From contig CAWGTW010000014.1 in assembly GCA_963825565.1 (NCBI GenBank), positions 23,408 to 87,407 of the forward strand: a stretch of 64,000 nt of DNA. Reading direction: 5' to 3'. Under the pieces are notes generated by a model. That model saw nothing but the letters and a program-made list of their open reading frames with translations. It had not been told where the DNA came from and did not search any database. This stretch comes from Ilumatobacteraceae bacterium. GTDB taxonomy: Bacteria; Actinomycetota; Acidimicrobiia; Acidimicrobiales; Ilumatobacteraceae. This document shows, in pieces, positions 30,051 to 39,157 of this stretch (position 1 is the stretch's first letter; each line of letters starts with the position of its first letter). Made by a program: the position numbers and the translations under genes.

Positions 30051-31462
30051 GCGCCACGACCGCGGCGGCCGACGTGTTCACCGCTCCCGTCGATCACGAC
30101 GGCATCCAGCGCGTCGACGGGCCGCTGCTGTTCCTCACCGGCGGCACCGGCGCGGGATGGGACGAGTACGTCGAGATCCGCGCCGAAGGCCAGCCGGACC
30201 GCCACGGAGTCGTCGTCGACGTGAGCGAGGACGTCGCGGTCGTCGAGGTCTTCGAGGGCACCGCCGGGCTCGGCACGACCGGCACGATCGTCGGCTTCAC
30301 CGGGCGACCGCTCCACGTGCCGGTCACCGAGCGATGGCTCGGGCGAGTGCTGAACGGGCGCGGTGCCCCGCTCGACGGCGGCCCACCGATCACCGGCACG
30401 ATCCACCGTCCGGTCAGCGGCCTCCCCCTCAACCCGACGAGCCGCGACATCCCGCGCGACCCGGTGATCACCGGCGTGCGGGCGATCGACGGGCTGACGA
30501 CGCTCGTCAGGGGTCAGAAGCTGCCGATCTTCTCCGTCGGTGGTCTCCCCCACCTCGAACTGGCGATCCAGATCGCCTCCCAGGCCCACGCCTCGGGAGC
30601 CCCGTTCCGCGTGGTGTTCGCCGGCATGGGGCTGACCAACGCGGACGCCGACCTGATCCGCCGCGGCCTCGAGCCGCGCCTCGACCGCGAGGAGGCGGTG
30701 CTGTTCATGAACACGGCGGACGACCCGCCGATCGAGCGGCTGCTCTCGCCGCGCGTCGCGCTGACCGTCGCAGAGCACCTCGCCTTCGACCTCGGCCACC
30801 ACGTGCTCGTCATCCTCACCGACATGACCAGCTACTGCGACTCCCTCCGCCAGCTCTCGACCGCCCGGGGGGAGATCCCGAGCCGGCGCGGGTACCCCGC
30901 CTACCTGTTCAGCGATCTCGCCGGCATCTACGAACGATGCGGTCGGCTGCGCGACCGGCCGGGATCGATCACCGAGCTCCCCGTGCTGACCATGCCCGCC
31001 GGCGACATCACGCACCCGGTGCCCGACCTCACCGGCTACATCACCGAAGGCCAGATCGTCCTGTCGCGCGACCTGCACCAGGCCGGGACGTACCCCCCGA
31101 TCGACGCGCTGTCGTCGCTCTCCCGCCTGATGCGGCGGGGCGCCGGCCCCGAGCGAACCCGCGACGACCACCTCGCTGTCGCCGCTCAACTCCTTGCCCT
31201 TCTCGCCGACGCCCGCAGAGCCGAAGACCTGGCCACGCTGATCGGCGCCGATGCGCTGTCGATCACCGAGCAGCGAGCGGTCGAGTTCGCGCAGCGGTTC
31301 GAGCACGACTTCATCGAGCAGGACCCCCATGTCGCCATCGACCTCGAGGAGACGCTCGACACCGCATGGTCGACGATGGCGCAGATCCCGAGACGGGAGC
31401 TGACGACGGTCACGCCACAACAGATCGACGCCCACCTGAGCGGGTTCGGGGTGGCGTCATGA
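30047..31462 (+). CDS. A/V-type ATP synthase subunit B
   Basis: ATGA-coupled. 471 aa. Motifs RGQKLPIFS, LTDMTSYCDSLRQLSTARGEIPSRRGYPAYLFSDLAGIYERCG, GSITELPVLTMPAGDITHPVPDLTGYITEGQI. Confidence 0.92.
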   Translation: MSATTAAADVFTAPVDHDGIQRVDGPLLFLTGGTGAGWDEYVEIRAEGQPDRHGVVVDVSEDVAVVEVFEGTAGLGTTGTIVGFTGRPLHVPVTERWLGRVLNGRGAPLDGGPPITGTIHRPVSGLPLNPTSRDIPRDPVITGVRAIDGLTTLVRGQKLPIFSVGGLPHLELAIQIASQAHASGAPFRVVFAGMGLTNADADLIRRGLEPRLDREEAVLFMNTADDPPIERLLSPRVALTVAEHLAFDLGHHVLVILTDMTSYCDSLRQLSTARGEIPSRRGYPAYLFSDLAGIYERCGRLRDRPGSITELPVLTMPAGDITHPVPDLTGYITEGQIVLSRDLHQAGTYPPIDALSSLSRLMRRGAGPERTRDDHLAVAAQLLALLADARRAEDLATLIGADALSITEQRAVEFAQRFEHDFIEQDPHVAIDLEETLDTAWSTMAQIPRRELTTVTPQQIDAHLSGFGVAS

Positions 31463-32070
31463 ACGGTCAGCACGGAAGCAGCCGGGCCGCTCGGCTCGAG
31501 CTGCGCGGCCGGCTCGACCTCGCCCGCCACGCCACCGAGCTCCTCCAGCTGAAAGAAGAGGCGCTCCGACGCGAACGCGTCCGGCTGGAGGGCCACGCGC
31601 TACGCACCGCGCAGCAATGGAGCGAGCGATGCGAGCGCGCGGGCACCTGGCTGGCTCGCTCGCGGGCGCTGGGGGCCGGAAACGAGCTCGCCGCCCTCGC
31701 CGACCGGCACACCCCGCTGGCCACCATCGACACGCACTGGCGCGACTCGATGGGTGTGGCGTACCCGGGCGAGGTCGTCGTCAACCACCCAGCGACCCCC
31801 TCGTTCACGACCACCGCCGCGCTCGCCCCGACCGCCGAGGCGTACCGGCACGCACTCGAGGCCGGAGCGCACCAAGCCGCGGCGTCCGCCGCACTCCAAC
31901 GCGTCACCGCCGAGCTGATGGCGACACGACGCCGACGCCGAGCGATCGAGCACCGCCTCCTGCCCCTCCTCGAGGAGCGGGTCAGCGTTCTCGAACTCCG
32001 CCTCGACGAGGACGACCGAGCCCAGGCGCTGCGGTCGCGCCTGGCGATACGATCGAGGAGCGGGCCATGA
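31459..32070 (+). CDS. A/V-type ATP synthase subunit D (central stalk)
   Basis: ATGA-coupled. 203 aa. N-terminus RLELRGRLDLARHATELLQLKEEALRRE and C-terminal helix RRRRAIEHRLLPLLEE. Confidence 0.8.
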   Translation: MNGQHGSSRAARLELRGRLDLARHATELLQLKEEALRRERVRLEGHALRTAQQWSERCERAGTWLARSRALGAGNELAALADRHTPLATIDTHWRDSMGVAYPGEVVVNHPATPSFTTTAALAPTAEAYRHALEAGAHQAAASAALQRVTAELMATRRRRRAIEHRLLPLLEERVSVLELRLDEDDRAQALRSRLAIRSRSGP

Positions 32071-32474
32071 TCGACCGCATCCTCGTCGCCGTCGACGACT
32101 CACCGACCGCCCTCGCTGCGGCCTCGATGGCGATCGATCTCGCCGCGACCCAGCACGCCCGACTTCACCTCGTCACCGTCACCGACGGCCAGCACGACGC
32201 GGCACGGGCGCTCCACCATGTCACCGCGCTGGCCCGCCGCGCCCACCTCGAGCCCCGGACGACGACGACCGAGGGTGGCCAGCCCTTCGAGGCGCTCCTG
32301 CGCGTTGCCGCCGACTGGGGTGCCGATCTCATCGTCATGGGCCGATCCAACCGCCGTCGCCCCGGCGCACCGTACGTCGGAACCCAGACCGAACACCTCC
32401 TCGAGTTCACCCACATCCCGGTCCTGATCGTCCCCGACCCGGCGTTGACGCCCGACCGCTCAGGTCACCGCTGA
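32067..32474 (+). CDS. universal stress protein (UspA family), last gene of the ATPase operon
   Basis: ATGA-coupled to subunit D. MIDRILVAVDDSPTALAA...ADLIVMGRSNRRRPGAPYVGTQTEHLLEFTHIPVLIV. Confidence 0.8.
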   Translation: MIDRILVAVDDSPTALAAASMAIDLAATQHARLHLVTVTDGQHDAARALHHVTALARRAHLEPRTTTTEGGQPFEALLRVAADWGADLIVMGRSNRRRPGAPYVGTQTEHLLEFTHIPVLIVPDPALTPDRSGHR

Positions 32475-33812
32475 CACCGGCGGTGCGGGGATCACGCCGG
32501 CCTCCATCAGGACCGAGGTTGCCCGTCGCGCCGTCCCGATCGCCTGTCGCGCCGCCGCCCGCAGCTCCTCAGCGGATCGGTCCGATGCGGCCACTCCCTG
32601 CTGTTGGGCAGTGACCGCGGTGGCCACCGCGACGTCGGGAACGACCTCCCATTCGGTCATCGTCGGCAGCAGCCCTCCGTCGAGTCCTCGATCGCGAGCG
32701 AAGCGGGCCAGCACCTCGGCTGCGGCCAGCGCCATCTCTTCGGTGATCTTCCGTGCCCGTACGTCGAGCACACCGCGGAAGATGCCCGGGAACCCCAGTG
32801 AGTTGTTGACTTGGTTCGGGAAGTCCGAGCGGCCGGTGCCGACCACACGGGCCCCTGCTTCCAGCGCGTCCCATGGCCAGATCTCGGGCACCGGGTTGGC
32901 GCACGCGAACACGATTGCGTCGTCGGCCATGTCGGCCACCCACTCCGGCCGGATGGTCCCGGGACCCGGCCGCGAGAACGCGATGCACACGTCGGCACCG
33001 CGCAACGCTTCGGCGAGACCGCCCACCACGCCACGGACGTTGGTCTGCCGGCACACCCGCCACTTGTCGCGATACTCCTCCTGGCGTGCCTCCAGGTCGC
33101 TGCGCCCGCGGTGCAAGATGCCCCCCGTATCGGTCGCGACGACCCGCGCCGGGTCGATCCCTGCAGCCACGAGCAGCCGGTAGGTCGCGACGTTCGCGGC
33201 GCCCATTCCCACCATCGCGATGTCGATGTCGCCGATCGACTTGCCGACCAGGTCCAGGGCATTGCGCAATGCTGCGACGACGACCGTGGCCGTCCCCTGC
33301 TGATCGTCGTGCCAGACCGGGATCGACAAGCTCGACCGCAGTCGATCGAGCACCTCGAAGCACTTCGGCTGCGCGATGTCCTCCAGATTGATCCCGCCGA
33401 ACGAGGGCTGGATCGCCTCGACCAACGCGACCAGCTCGTCGGCCGACGTCGTGTTCACGCAGAGTGGAACGGCGTCGACGCCGCCGAGGTACTTGAACAA
33501 CAACGCCTTGCCTTCCATCACCGACAGGCCGGCCTCCGGGCCGATGTCGCCCAACCCCAACACGCGCGAACCGTCGGACACGATCGCAATGCTGTTCGCC
33601 TTGTTCGTGTGCTCGAACACCAGGCTGGGGTCGTCCGCGATCGCGCGACTCGACGCAGCGACACCCGGCGTGTACCAGATCGCGAAGTCGTCGATGTCCC
33701 GGATCGGGACCTTGGGCATGATCTGCACCTTGCCCCGGTAGAACGGGTGGAGGCGCAGGGCATCCCGCGCGGGCTGGTCGGTCTGGCGGCGAGCGCGGTC
33801 ATCGGAAGCCAT
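32460..33812 (-). CDS. NAD(P)-dependent malic enzyme
   Basis: LHPFYRGKVQIMPKVPI..., WYTPGVAA, GSRVLGLGDIGP, NLEDIAQPKCFE, VGMGAANVAT. ATG 33812 (MASDD...) is preferred over the longest ORF start at 33887. It overlaps the convergent usp gene by 15 nt. Confidence 0.9.
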   Translation of the reverse strand: MASDDRARRQTDQPARDALRLHPFYRGKVQIMPKVPIRDIDDFAIWYTPGVAASSRAIADDPSLVFEHTNKANSIAIVSDGSRVLGLGDIGPEAGLSVMEGKALLFKYLGGVDAVPLCVNTTSADELVALVEAIQPSFGGINLEDIAQPKCFEVLDRLRSSLSIPVWHDDQQGTATVVVAALRNALDLVGKSIGDIDIAMVGMGAANVATYRLLVAAGIDPARVVATDTGGILHRGRSDLEARQEEYRDKWRVCRQTNVRGVVGGLAEALRGADVCIAFSRPGPGTIRPEWVADMADDAIVFACANPVPEIWPWDALEAGARVVGTGRSDFPNQVNNSLGFPGIFRGVLDVRARKITEEMALAAAEVLARFARDRGLDGGLLPTMTEWEVVPDVAVATAVTAQQQGVAASDRSAEELRAAARQAIGTARRATSVLMEAGVIPAPPVSAVT

Positions 33813-34041
33813 ACCTCGGTCGTACGGCTGCTGCCACCGGGCGCACAGAGGCCAAGGTCCGCGAGCTGCCACAAGCCCCCGCTGCACCGCGTCCGAAGCG
33901 CTGACGACAAACGGCCCTGCCGGTCATCGGCGCGGGCGTACACCGGCGCCGACCCGGTGCGTCTCAACGCTGCACGAGCGCCGGCGGCCGCCGGAGACGG
34001 CGATCCCCGAACCCGGCCGGCAGGAATCGGCAGTCCGTACG

Positions 34042-34455
34042 ATGGTGGGCGTGGCACATCCACAGATGTTCGACGACGACGATCCGGTCCTCGCACGAGT
34101 GCGCGAACTCGCTTCCGCGCTGCCGGGGAGCGGCGAGAAGACCTCTCACGGTCGTCCGGCGTTCTACACGACGAAGGTCTTCGCCTACTACGGCGGCTCG
34201 GTGAAGGTCGACGGTGAGTGGCGGCAACACCCGCACTCGCTCGTCATCGTTCCCGATCCGGACGACCGCGAGGCGCTGAGCGGAGATGTCCGCGTGTTCA
34301 CGCCGGCCTACCTCGGCCCGTCCGGCTGGATCGGCATCGATCTCGACGCCGACAGCGACTGGGTCGAGATCGCGGAGCTGCTCGACGCGTCCTACCGGCT
34401 CACCGCGCCGAAGCGCCTGGTCGCCCTCCTCGACGGGCGCGGCTCGACCGCGTAG
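34042..34455 (+). CDS. MmcQ/YjbR family DNA-binding protein
   Basis: 137 aa. EKTSHGRPAFYTTKVFAYYGG...GPSGWIGIDLD...VEIAELLDASYRLTAPKRL is typical of the YjbR-like fold. Confidence 0.6.
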   Translation: MVGVAHPQMFDDDDPVLARVRELASALPGSGEKTSHGRPAFYTTKVFAYYGGSVKVDGEWRQHPHSLVIVPDPDDREALSGDVRVFTPAYLGPSGWIGIDLDADSDWVEIAELLDASYRLTAPKRLVALLDGRGSTA

Positions 34456-34555
34456 CGGTCCACACCCGCTCGGCATCGTTCGGGGCAGGGCCGTGGACGA
34501 ATGACCCTTGGCAGCGCCGTGGCGACCGGGCGAGGGTGGGATCGGAGGTGTTGCG

Positions 34556-35050
34556 ATGTCGCCGGGCACGACCACGATCAAGCTGCCGGGGACCCCGAAA
34601 CCCTGGATGAACTCGGCGATGATGACCATGCTGAGGACCCCCGGCCTGCGGTCGGTGCTCGGCAAGTCGTTGATGATCCTCAGCGTCACCGGCGCCACGA
34701 CCGGGAAGCGGTACACCATGCCGGTCCAATACGTCCGCGACGGCGATCGCCTGCTCGTGCTCTCGCAACGGACGAGGCGATGGTGGAGGAACCTCACTGC
34801 CCGGCCCGAGGTCGAGGTCGTGCTTCGTGGCGAGACGATCCGGGCCGACGCCCGGCTCGCCAGCGACCAGGAGGCCAGGAGGGCGATCGCCACCAGCCTG
34901 CGCCGCAACCCGCGGACCGCCAAGTTCTACGGCATCGCCATCGGGCGCGATGGTGAGCCGGCCGCCGACGGCGTCGAACAGCTGGACGCCGCGTTCGTGG
35001 TGATCGTCATCGACGCTGCGGCGCAGCAACCGTCAACCGGGGCGGGTTGA
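34556..35050 (+). CDS. nitroreductase-family deazaflavin (F420)-dependent oxidoreductase-like protein (DUF385)
   Basis: From ATG 34556. LILSVTGATTGKRYTMPVQYVRDGDRLLVLS...WWRNLTARPEVEVVLRGE pattern. Confidence 0.6.
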   Translation: MSPGTTTIKLPGTPKPWMNSAMMTMLRTPGLRSVLGKSLMILSVTGATTGKRYTMPVQYVRDGDRLLVLSQRTRRWWRNLTARPEVEVVLRGETIRADARLASDQEARRAIATSLRRNPRTAKFYGIAIGRDGEPAADGVEQLDAAFVVIVIDAAAQQPSTGAG

Positions 35051-35084
35051 CGCGCCGGTCGGCCGGGCCGAACGCGCACCAACC
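35045..35084. terminator. imperfect GC-rich hairpin between convergent genes (possible bidirectional terminator)
   Basis: GGTTG/CAACC, CGCG/CGCG and TCGGC/GCCGA pairings read directly. There is no U-tract. Confidence 0.3.
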
Positions 35085-35089
35085 GGTCC

Positions 35090-35542
35090 TCACCGCCCGC
35101 CGGCGACGAGCACCGCGCACGGGGCGTGGTGCACCACCCTGGTCGACACGCTGCCGAGGAACGCCCGACCGCCGAGGCCGCGGCCGCGCGACCCGACGAC
35201 GATCAGGTCGGCGTGCTCGCGTTCGGCGACGCCGATGATCGCGTCGGCCGGCCGCTCCTCGACCATGTGCTCCTCGTGCTCGACACCGAAGTCGGTCTCG
35301 AGCACCCGCGCCGCCTCGTGCAGCACCTGCCAACTGTCCTCGTGCAGGTCGACCGCGGCCCAGAACTCCGATGGCAGCTCGTTCAGCGCCTGCTGCCATT
35401 CCGCGCGCGAGATCGGGTGCGCGCCGGTGACGACGTGCACCCTGCCACCGAGTGCGCTCGCCAACTCGCCGGCCACACGCACCGCCTCATCGCCGTGTGG
35501 CGACCCGTCGGTACCCACCACGATGGTCTCGTACGTTCCCAT
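35090..35542 (-). CDS. universal stress protein
   Basis: 150 aa. ETIVVGTDGSPHGDEAV...ADLIVVGSRGRGLGGRAFLGSVSTRVVHHAPCAVLV. Confidence 0.85.
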   Translation of the reverse strand: MGTYETIVVGTDGSPHGDEAVRVAGELASALGGRVHVVTGAHPISRAEWQQALNELPSEFWAAVDLHEDSWQVLHEAARVLETDFGVEHEEHMVEERPADAIIGVAEREHADLIVVGSRGRGLGGRAFLGSVSTRVVHHAPCAVLVAGGR

Positions 35543-35597
35543 GGCACCACTCCGACACGATCCCCTCGGACCCGGCTAGGGCCGGTGGTCACGGCGC

Positions 35598-36920
35598 TCA
35601 GGGTGTCGCGCAGCCGCCGCCGCGTGCTTCGAGGTGGTTCAGGACCCGCCGCGCCGCGCCGTCGAGGCGCTCGGTCGGGAGCGTTCCGTCGAGAACGGCC
35701 CGTTCGATCGCGTCGACGACCGCTCCGGTCTGCTCGGTGGCGGTGAAGATCGCCACGTCGATCCCGGCGGCGATCGCCGCCACCGCAGCCTGCGGTTCGC
35801 TGAGACCGACGGCGTTCATGCCGAGCGCGTCCGAGATCACGAGCGCGTCCGCATAGCCCAGTTCGGTACGCAGGAACTCGATCGCCCGGGCGCTGCGGGT
35901 GGCGGGCTCACCGTCGGTGAGGCCGGGCACGGTCAGGTGACCGACCATCACGGCGACGTCGGTTCCGGCGAGGTCGGCGTACGGCACGAGGTCGCGCGCC
36001 GTCAGCTCGTCGAGCGGCGACGTGACGCCGGCGGTGTCGTGGGTGTCGCCGGAGGCCGAGCCGTGACCCGGGAAGTGCTTGAGCACCGGCGTGATGCCGT
36101 TGGCGTTCCAGCCCTCGACGTAGGCCGCGGCGTACTCGCTGACGACGGCGGGTTCGCCGCTGAAGAAGCGCGATCGCTGGAGCGGGACGATGCCGTCGGC
36201 CGGGACGACGTCGACGACCGGCCCGAACACGATGTCCACTCCCGCCGCGCCGATGCGCGCGCCGTGCCGGGCGATGAGCGCCTGGGCATCGGACGGCGAC
36301 ATCGACTCGGACACCGCCTGCTGCGACGGGAGCTCGCCGAACATCGTGAGCCGCTGGACGTCGCCACCCTCCTCGTCGGTGGCGACGAGGAGCCCGAGCT
36401 CGGCGGCGGTGTCGAGCAGCTCCAACCCCTCGGTGACGTCGGCCGCCGACCAGCCGGACGGCTTCATCAGGACCACGCCACCGACCTGGTGATCGTGGAC
36501 GACCCGCGCCGCCTGGTCCCAGTTGTCCGAGTACACCGCGGGCCAGGTCAGCAGTGCCACCTTGCGCCGGGTCGACAGCGAGGAGAGGCAGTCGACCGGT
36601 GTGGGCGCGGCGGCGGTGGTGCTCGTCGCCGGAGCCGGTTCGATCGTCGTCACCGTCCGCGGCGCGGCGGTGGTGCGCGACCCCTCGCCGGCAGAGGCGT
36701 CGGTCGTCGTCGGGTCGGTCGTCGTCGGGTCGGTCGTCGTCGGATCGGGGCCCGTCGAAGGGTCGCCAAGGTCCCCCGCCGCGCAGGTCGCCGTCCCGAT
36801 CGCCGCGATCAGCAAGATCGCGAGCCGGGAGCGATGGGTCGTCGATCGACCCTGATCGTGTCGCGGGTGTCGAGCTCGACCGGTGGCGCCGCCCGGTCGC
36901 GGGAGGTCCCTACTGGGCAC
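35598..36920 (-). CDS. glycoside hydrolase family 3 N-terminal-domain lipoprotein (beta-N-acetylhexosaminidase/NagZ-like)
   Basis: KHFPGHGSASGDTHD, TDEEGGDVQRL, VISDALGM. N-terminal hydrophobic/lipobox-like segment, then a (TTDP)n linker from a 15-bp x3 repeat near 36699-36743. Confidence 0.85.
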   Translation of the reverse strand: MPSRDLPRPGGATGRARHPRHDQGRSTTHRSRLAILLIAAIGTATCAAGDLGDPSTGPDPTTTDPTTTDPTTTDASAGEGSRTTAAPRTVTTIEPAPATSTTAAAPTPVDCLSSLSTRRKVALLTWPAVYSDNWDQAARVVHDHQVGGVVLMKPSGWSAADVTEGLELLDTAAELGLLVATDEEGGDVQRLTMFGELPSQQAVSESMSPSDAQALIARHGARIGAAGVDIVFGPVVDVVPADGIVPLQRSRFFSGEPAVVSEYAAAYVEGWNANGITPVLKHFPGHGSASGDTHDTAGVTSPLDELTARDLVPYADLAGTDVAVMVGHLTVPGLTDGEPATRSARAIEFLRTELGYADALVISDALGMNAVGLSEPQAAVAAIAAGIDVAIFTATEQTGAVVDAIERAVLDGTLPTERLDGAARRVLNHLEARGGGCATP

Positions 36921-37241
36921 GCTGAGAGGATACGGGGCAGCAGCCGCGGCGGGTTTCGATCGACAGGCGGCCGATCAGCATCTCGACGTCGACCCCGACG
37001 CGCAGGTGCTCCGACGCTCACTCCGGCGCTGACCCGTCCGGTAGCCACCGGCCCGGTCCCCGCCGCGGAAGAACGGGAGCCCCTGGACGCAGCCTCAGCG
37101 GGAGCAACCTGCCGCCGCAACGACCTGCGGGTGCTCCGGGCCATCGTGACCTACTGCCCTGGTCGTGGCCGGGAACGGGTGGCGGGATGGGAGACGGACA
37201 GGCGGGATCGACGTGACCCGCGTCATGCCAGAGGAGGAACC

Positions 37242-37622
37242 ATGAGGAAGACAGCGTTTGCCGTCGTCGTGTGCATGTTCGTGCTCGGGGGGAGTTGGTC
37301 GGTCGCGGCTGGCCCGGGCGGACCGAAGCTGACGACCCACATCGTCACCGAATCCGAGTCGATCGGTGGTCCGGCAGGAGGATTCAAGGCGGCGGTCGCC
37401 CTCTGTGACGCCGGTGAGGTCGTCACCGGCGGTGGGATGGAAGTGGCATCGATCAACCCCGGTGTCGCCGTCGTGACCAACGCGCCGACCGACGACTTCG
37501 AGTCGACCGGGCGACAAGGCTGGATCGTGACCCTTGCCTGGGACGAGCCGACCTTCGATGCGGAGTTCACGTCCTTCGCGATCTGCACGCCCGGCTCGAA
37601 GGCGCTCGGCCGCGGGCGGTGA
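37242..37622 (+). CDS. secreted hypothetical protein (126 aa)
   Basis: A GAGGAGGA RBS precedes ATG 37242. Has a signal peptide (MRKTAFAVVVCMFVLGGSWSVAA). The long upstream part of the 662-aa ORF is Arg-rich antisense of the GH3 gene. Confidence 0.55.
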   Translation: MRKTAFAVVVCMFVLGGSWSVAAGPGGPKLTTHIVTESESIGGPAGGFKAAVALCDAGEVVTGGGMEVASINPGVAVVTNAPTDDFESTGRQGWIVTLAWDEPTFDAEFTSFAICTPGSKALGRGR

Positions 37623-37693
37623 GCGCCGTCTGATCCGCCGTCAAGGCTGACGCTCGACCCCGCGTTCCGGGTCGTCGCCACCCGGGCACGCCC

Positions 37694-38746
37694 ATGATCC
37701 CGCTCCTGCTCAGCAGCGGCATCGCTGCCGCCCTCTCGTTGATCCTCACCGGCTGGCTGGCGCGCCTGCTCGAGTCCCGCGGGCAGACCCAGCCCATCTT
37801 GGCCGTCAACGCCGACAACCTCGCGGCGCCCGACCATCAGCACAAGGCGGGAACGCCGACGCTCGGCGGGGTCGCCGTCTTGGTCGCCGCCGCGTGCGGA
37901 TACCTCGTGAGCCACATCCGTCCCGGTGTCGTCTTCTCGAATCAGACGCTGCTCGTGTGGGTCGGCGTCGCTGCGCTCGCGTCGATCGGACTGGTCGACG
38001 ACGTGATGAAGATCCGAGCGCGCCAGAACCGTGGCCTGTTCTGGAAGCTGAAGGGGCTGATCACCCTCGCCGTCTCGATCGCTATCGCGGGCAGCCTGGT
38101 CGCGCTCACCGACATCGATACCCGGGTGTCGATGACCCGGGCCGATCTGCCGGGCTGGGAGCTCGGACCGTTCTGGTGGACGCTGTGGGCGGGGCTGCTG
38201 ATCTTCTGCACCGCCAATGCGGTGAACGTCACCGATGGGCTGGACGGCCTCGCCGGCGGATCGGCGTTGTTCGGGTTCCTCGCCTTCACCGGGATCGCCT
38301 ACGCCGGATTCCGGCAGCCGGAGATCTACGGGGCGATCGTCAACCCGTACGATCTGGCGATCTTCGCGGTCGCATTCGGTGGCGCCTGCGCCGGCTTCCT
38401 GTGGTGGAACGCCGCACCCGCCCAGATCTTCATGGGCGACGTCGGCGCGTTGGCGATCGGCGCGGCGCTGGCATTGCTCGCCTTGACCACCAACACCCAG
38501 TTGCTCCTGCCGCTGATCTGTGGCCTGAACGTGATCGAGGCCGGCTCGGTCGCGATGCAGATGGTCGTGTTCCGCGCTTCGGGGCGGACCCTGCGGATCT
38601 TCCGGATCTCACCGATCCATCATCACTTCGAGCTCGGCGGCTGGCCGGAGACGCGCGTGATCATCCGCTTCTGGCTGCTGTCGGGTGCCTTCGTCGCACT
38701 CGCACTCGCACTCTTCATCGCGGACTTCACCGACCGGGCGGCGTGA
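37694..38746 (+). CDS. mraY: phospho-N-acetylmuramoyl-pentapeptide transferase
   Basis: HQHKAGTPTLGG, VDDVMKIRA, NAVNVTDGLDGLAGG, WWNAAPAQIFMGDVGALAIGAALA, RISPIHHHFELGGWPETRVIIRFW. Confidence 0.9.
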   Translation: MIPLLLSSGIAAALSLILTGWLARLLESRGQTQPILAVNADNLAAPDHQHKAGTPTLGGVAVLVAAACGYLVSHIRPGVVFSNQTLLVWVGVAALASIGLVDDVMKIRARQNRGLFWKLKGLITLAVSIAIAGSLVALTDIDTRVSMTRADLPGWELGPFWWTLWAGLLIFCTANAVNVTDGLDGLAGGSALFGFLAFTGIAYAGFRQPEIYGAIVNPYDLAIFAVAFGGACAGFLWWNAAPAQIFMGDVGALAIGAALALLALTTNTQLLLPLICGLNVIEAGSVAMQMVVFRASGRTLRIFRISPIHHHFELGGWPETRVIIRFWLLSGAFVALALALFIADFTDRAA

Positions 38747-38761
38747 GCAGCTGGGTTCGGG

Positions 38762-39064
38762 CTACGTCCGGGCCGGGCGTGTGCCGTCGTGGTGGGCGGC
38801 GACGCGGGTGGCGGTGACGACCTCGCGGTGTTCGGGTGGCGGGTTGAAGTACAGCCAGCGGCCATCGAGGCGTTCGCCGAGCCGGTGGTGGTAGGTGCCG
38901 ATCGGGCGTGGTGGAGGCGCCCCGGGGGGCGTGGGTCTGGCGCCCGATTGGGCGATCGGGTCGCCGGCCCGATTGGTGAACGTCACCCCGTCGGGATCGT
39001 CGGCGTTGCCCTCGATCCCGAGTTCGCCGCGACGCAGTTTACGAACACATGTTCGGTTCGTCAA
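38762..39064 (-). pseudogene. C-terminal remnant of a DUF222/HNH-endonuclease-type (13E12-repeat-like) gene
   Basis: RRGELGIEGNADDPDGVTFTNRAGDPIAQSGARPTPPGAPPP...GTYHHRLGERLDGRWLYFNPPP matches the tail of actinobacterial HNH endonucleases. The HNH core and the DUF222 part are absent. Confidence 0.5.
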
Positions 39065-39157
39065 CTCGACCGCAGAAGACGATCGCGTCGGACCGGCGTG
39101 GATCTTCGGCGGGTCACGACCGCAGCGGCGACCACCGCCGCCGGGCGCCCGAAGCGC

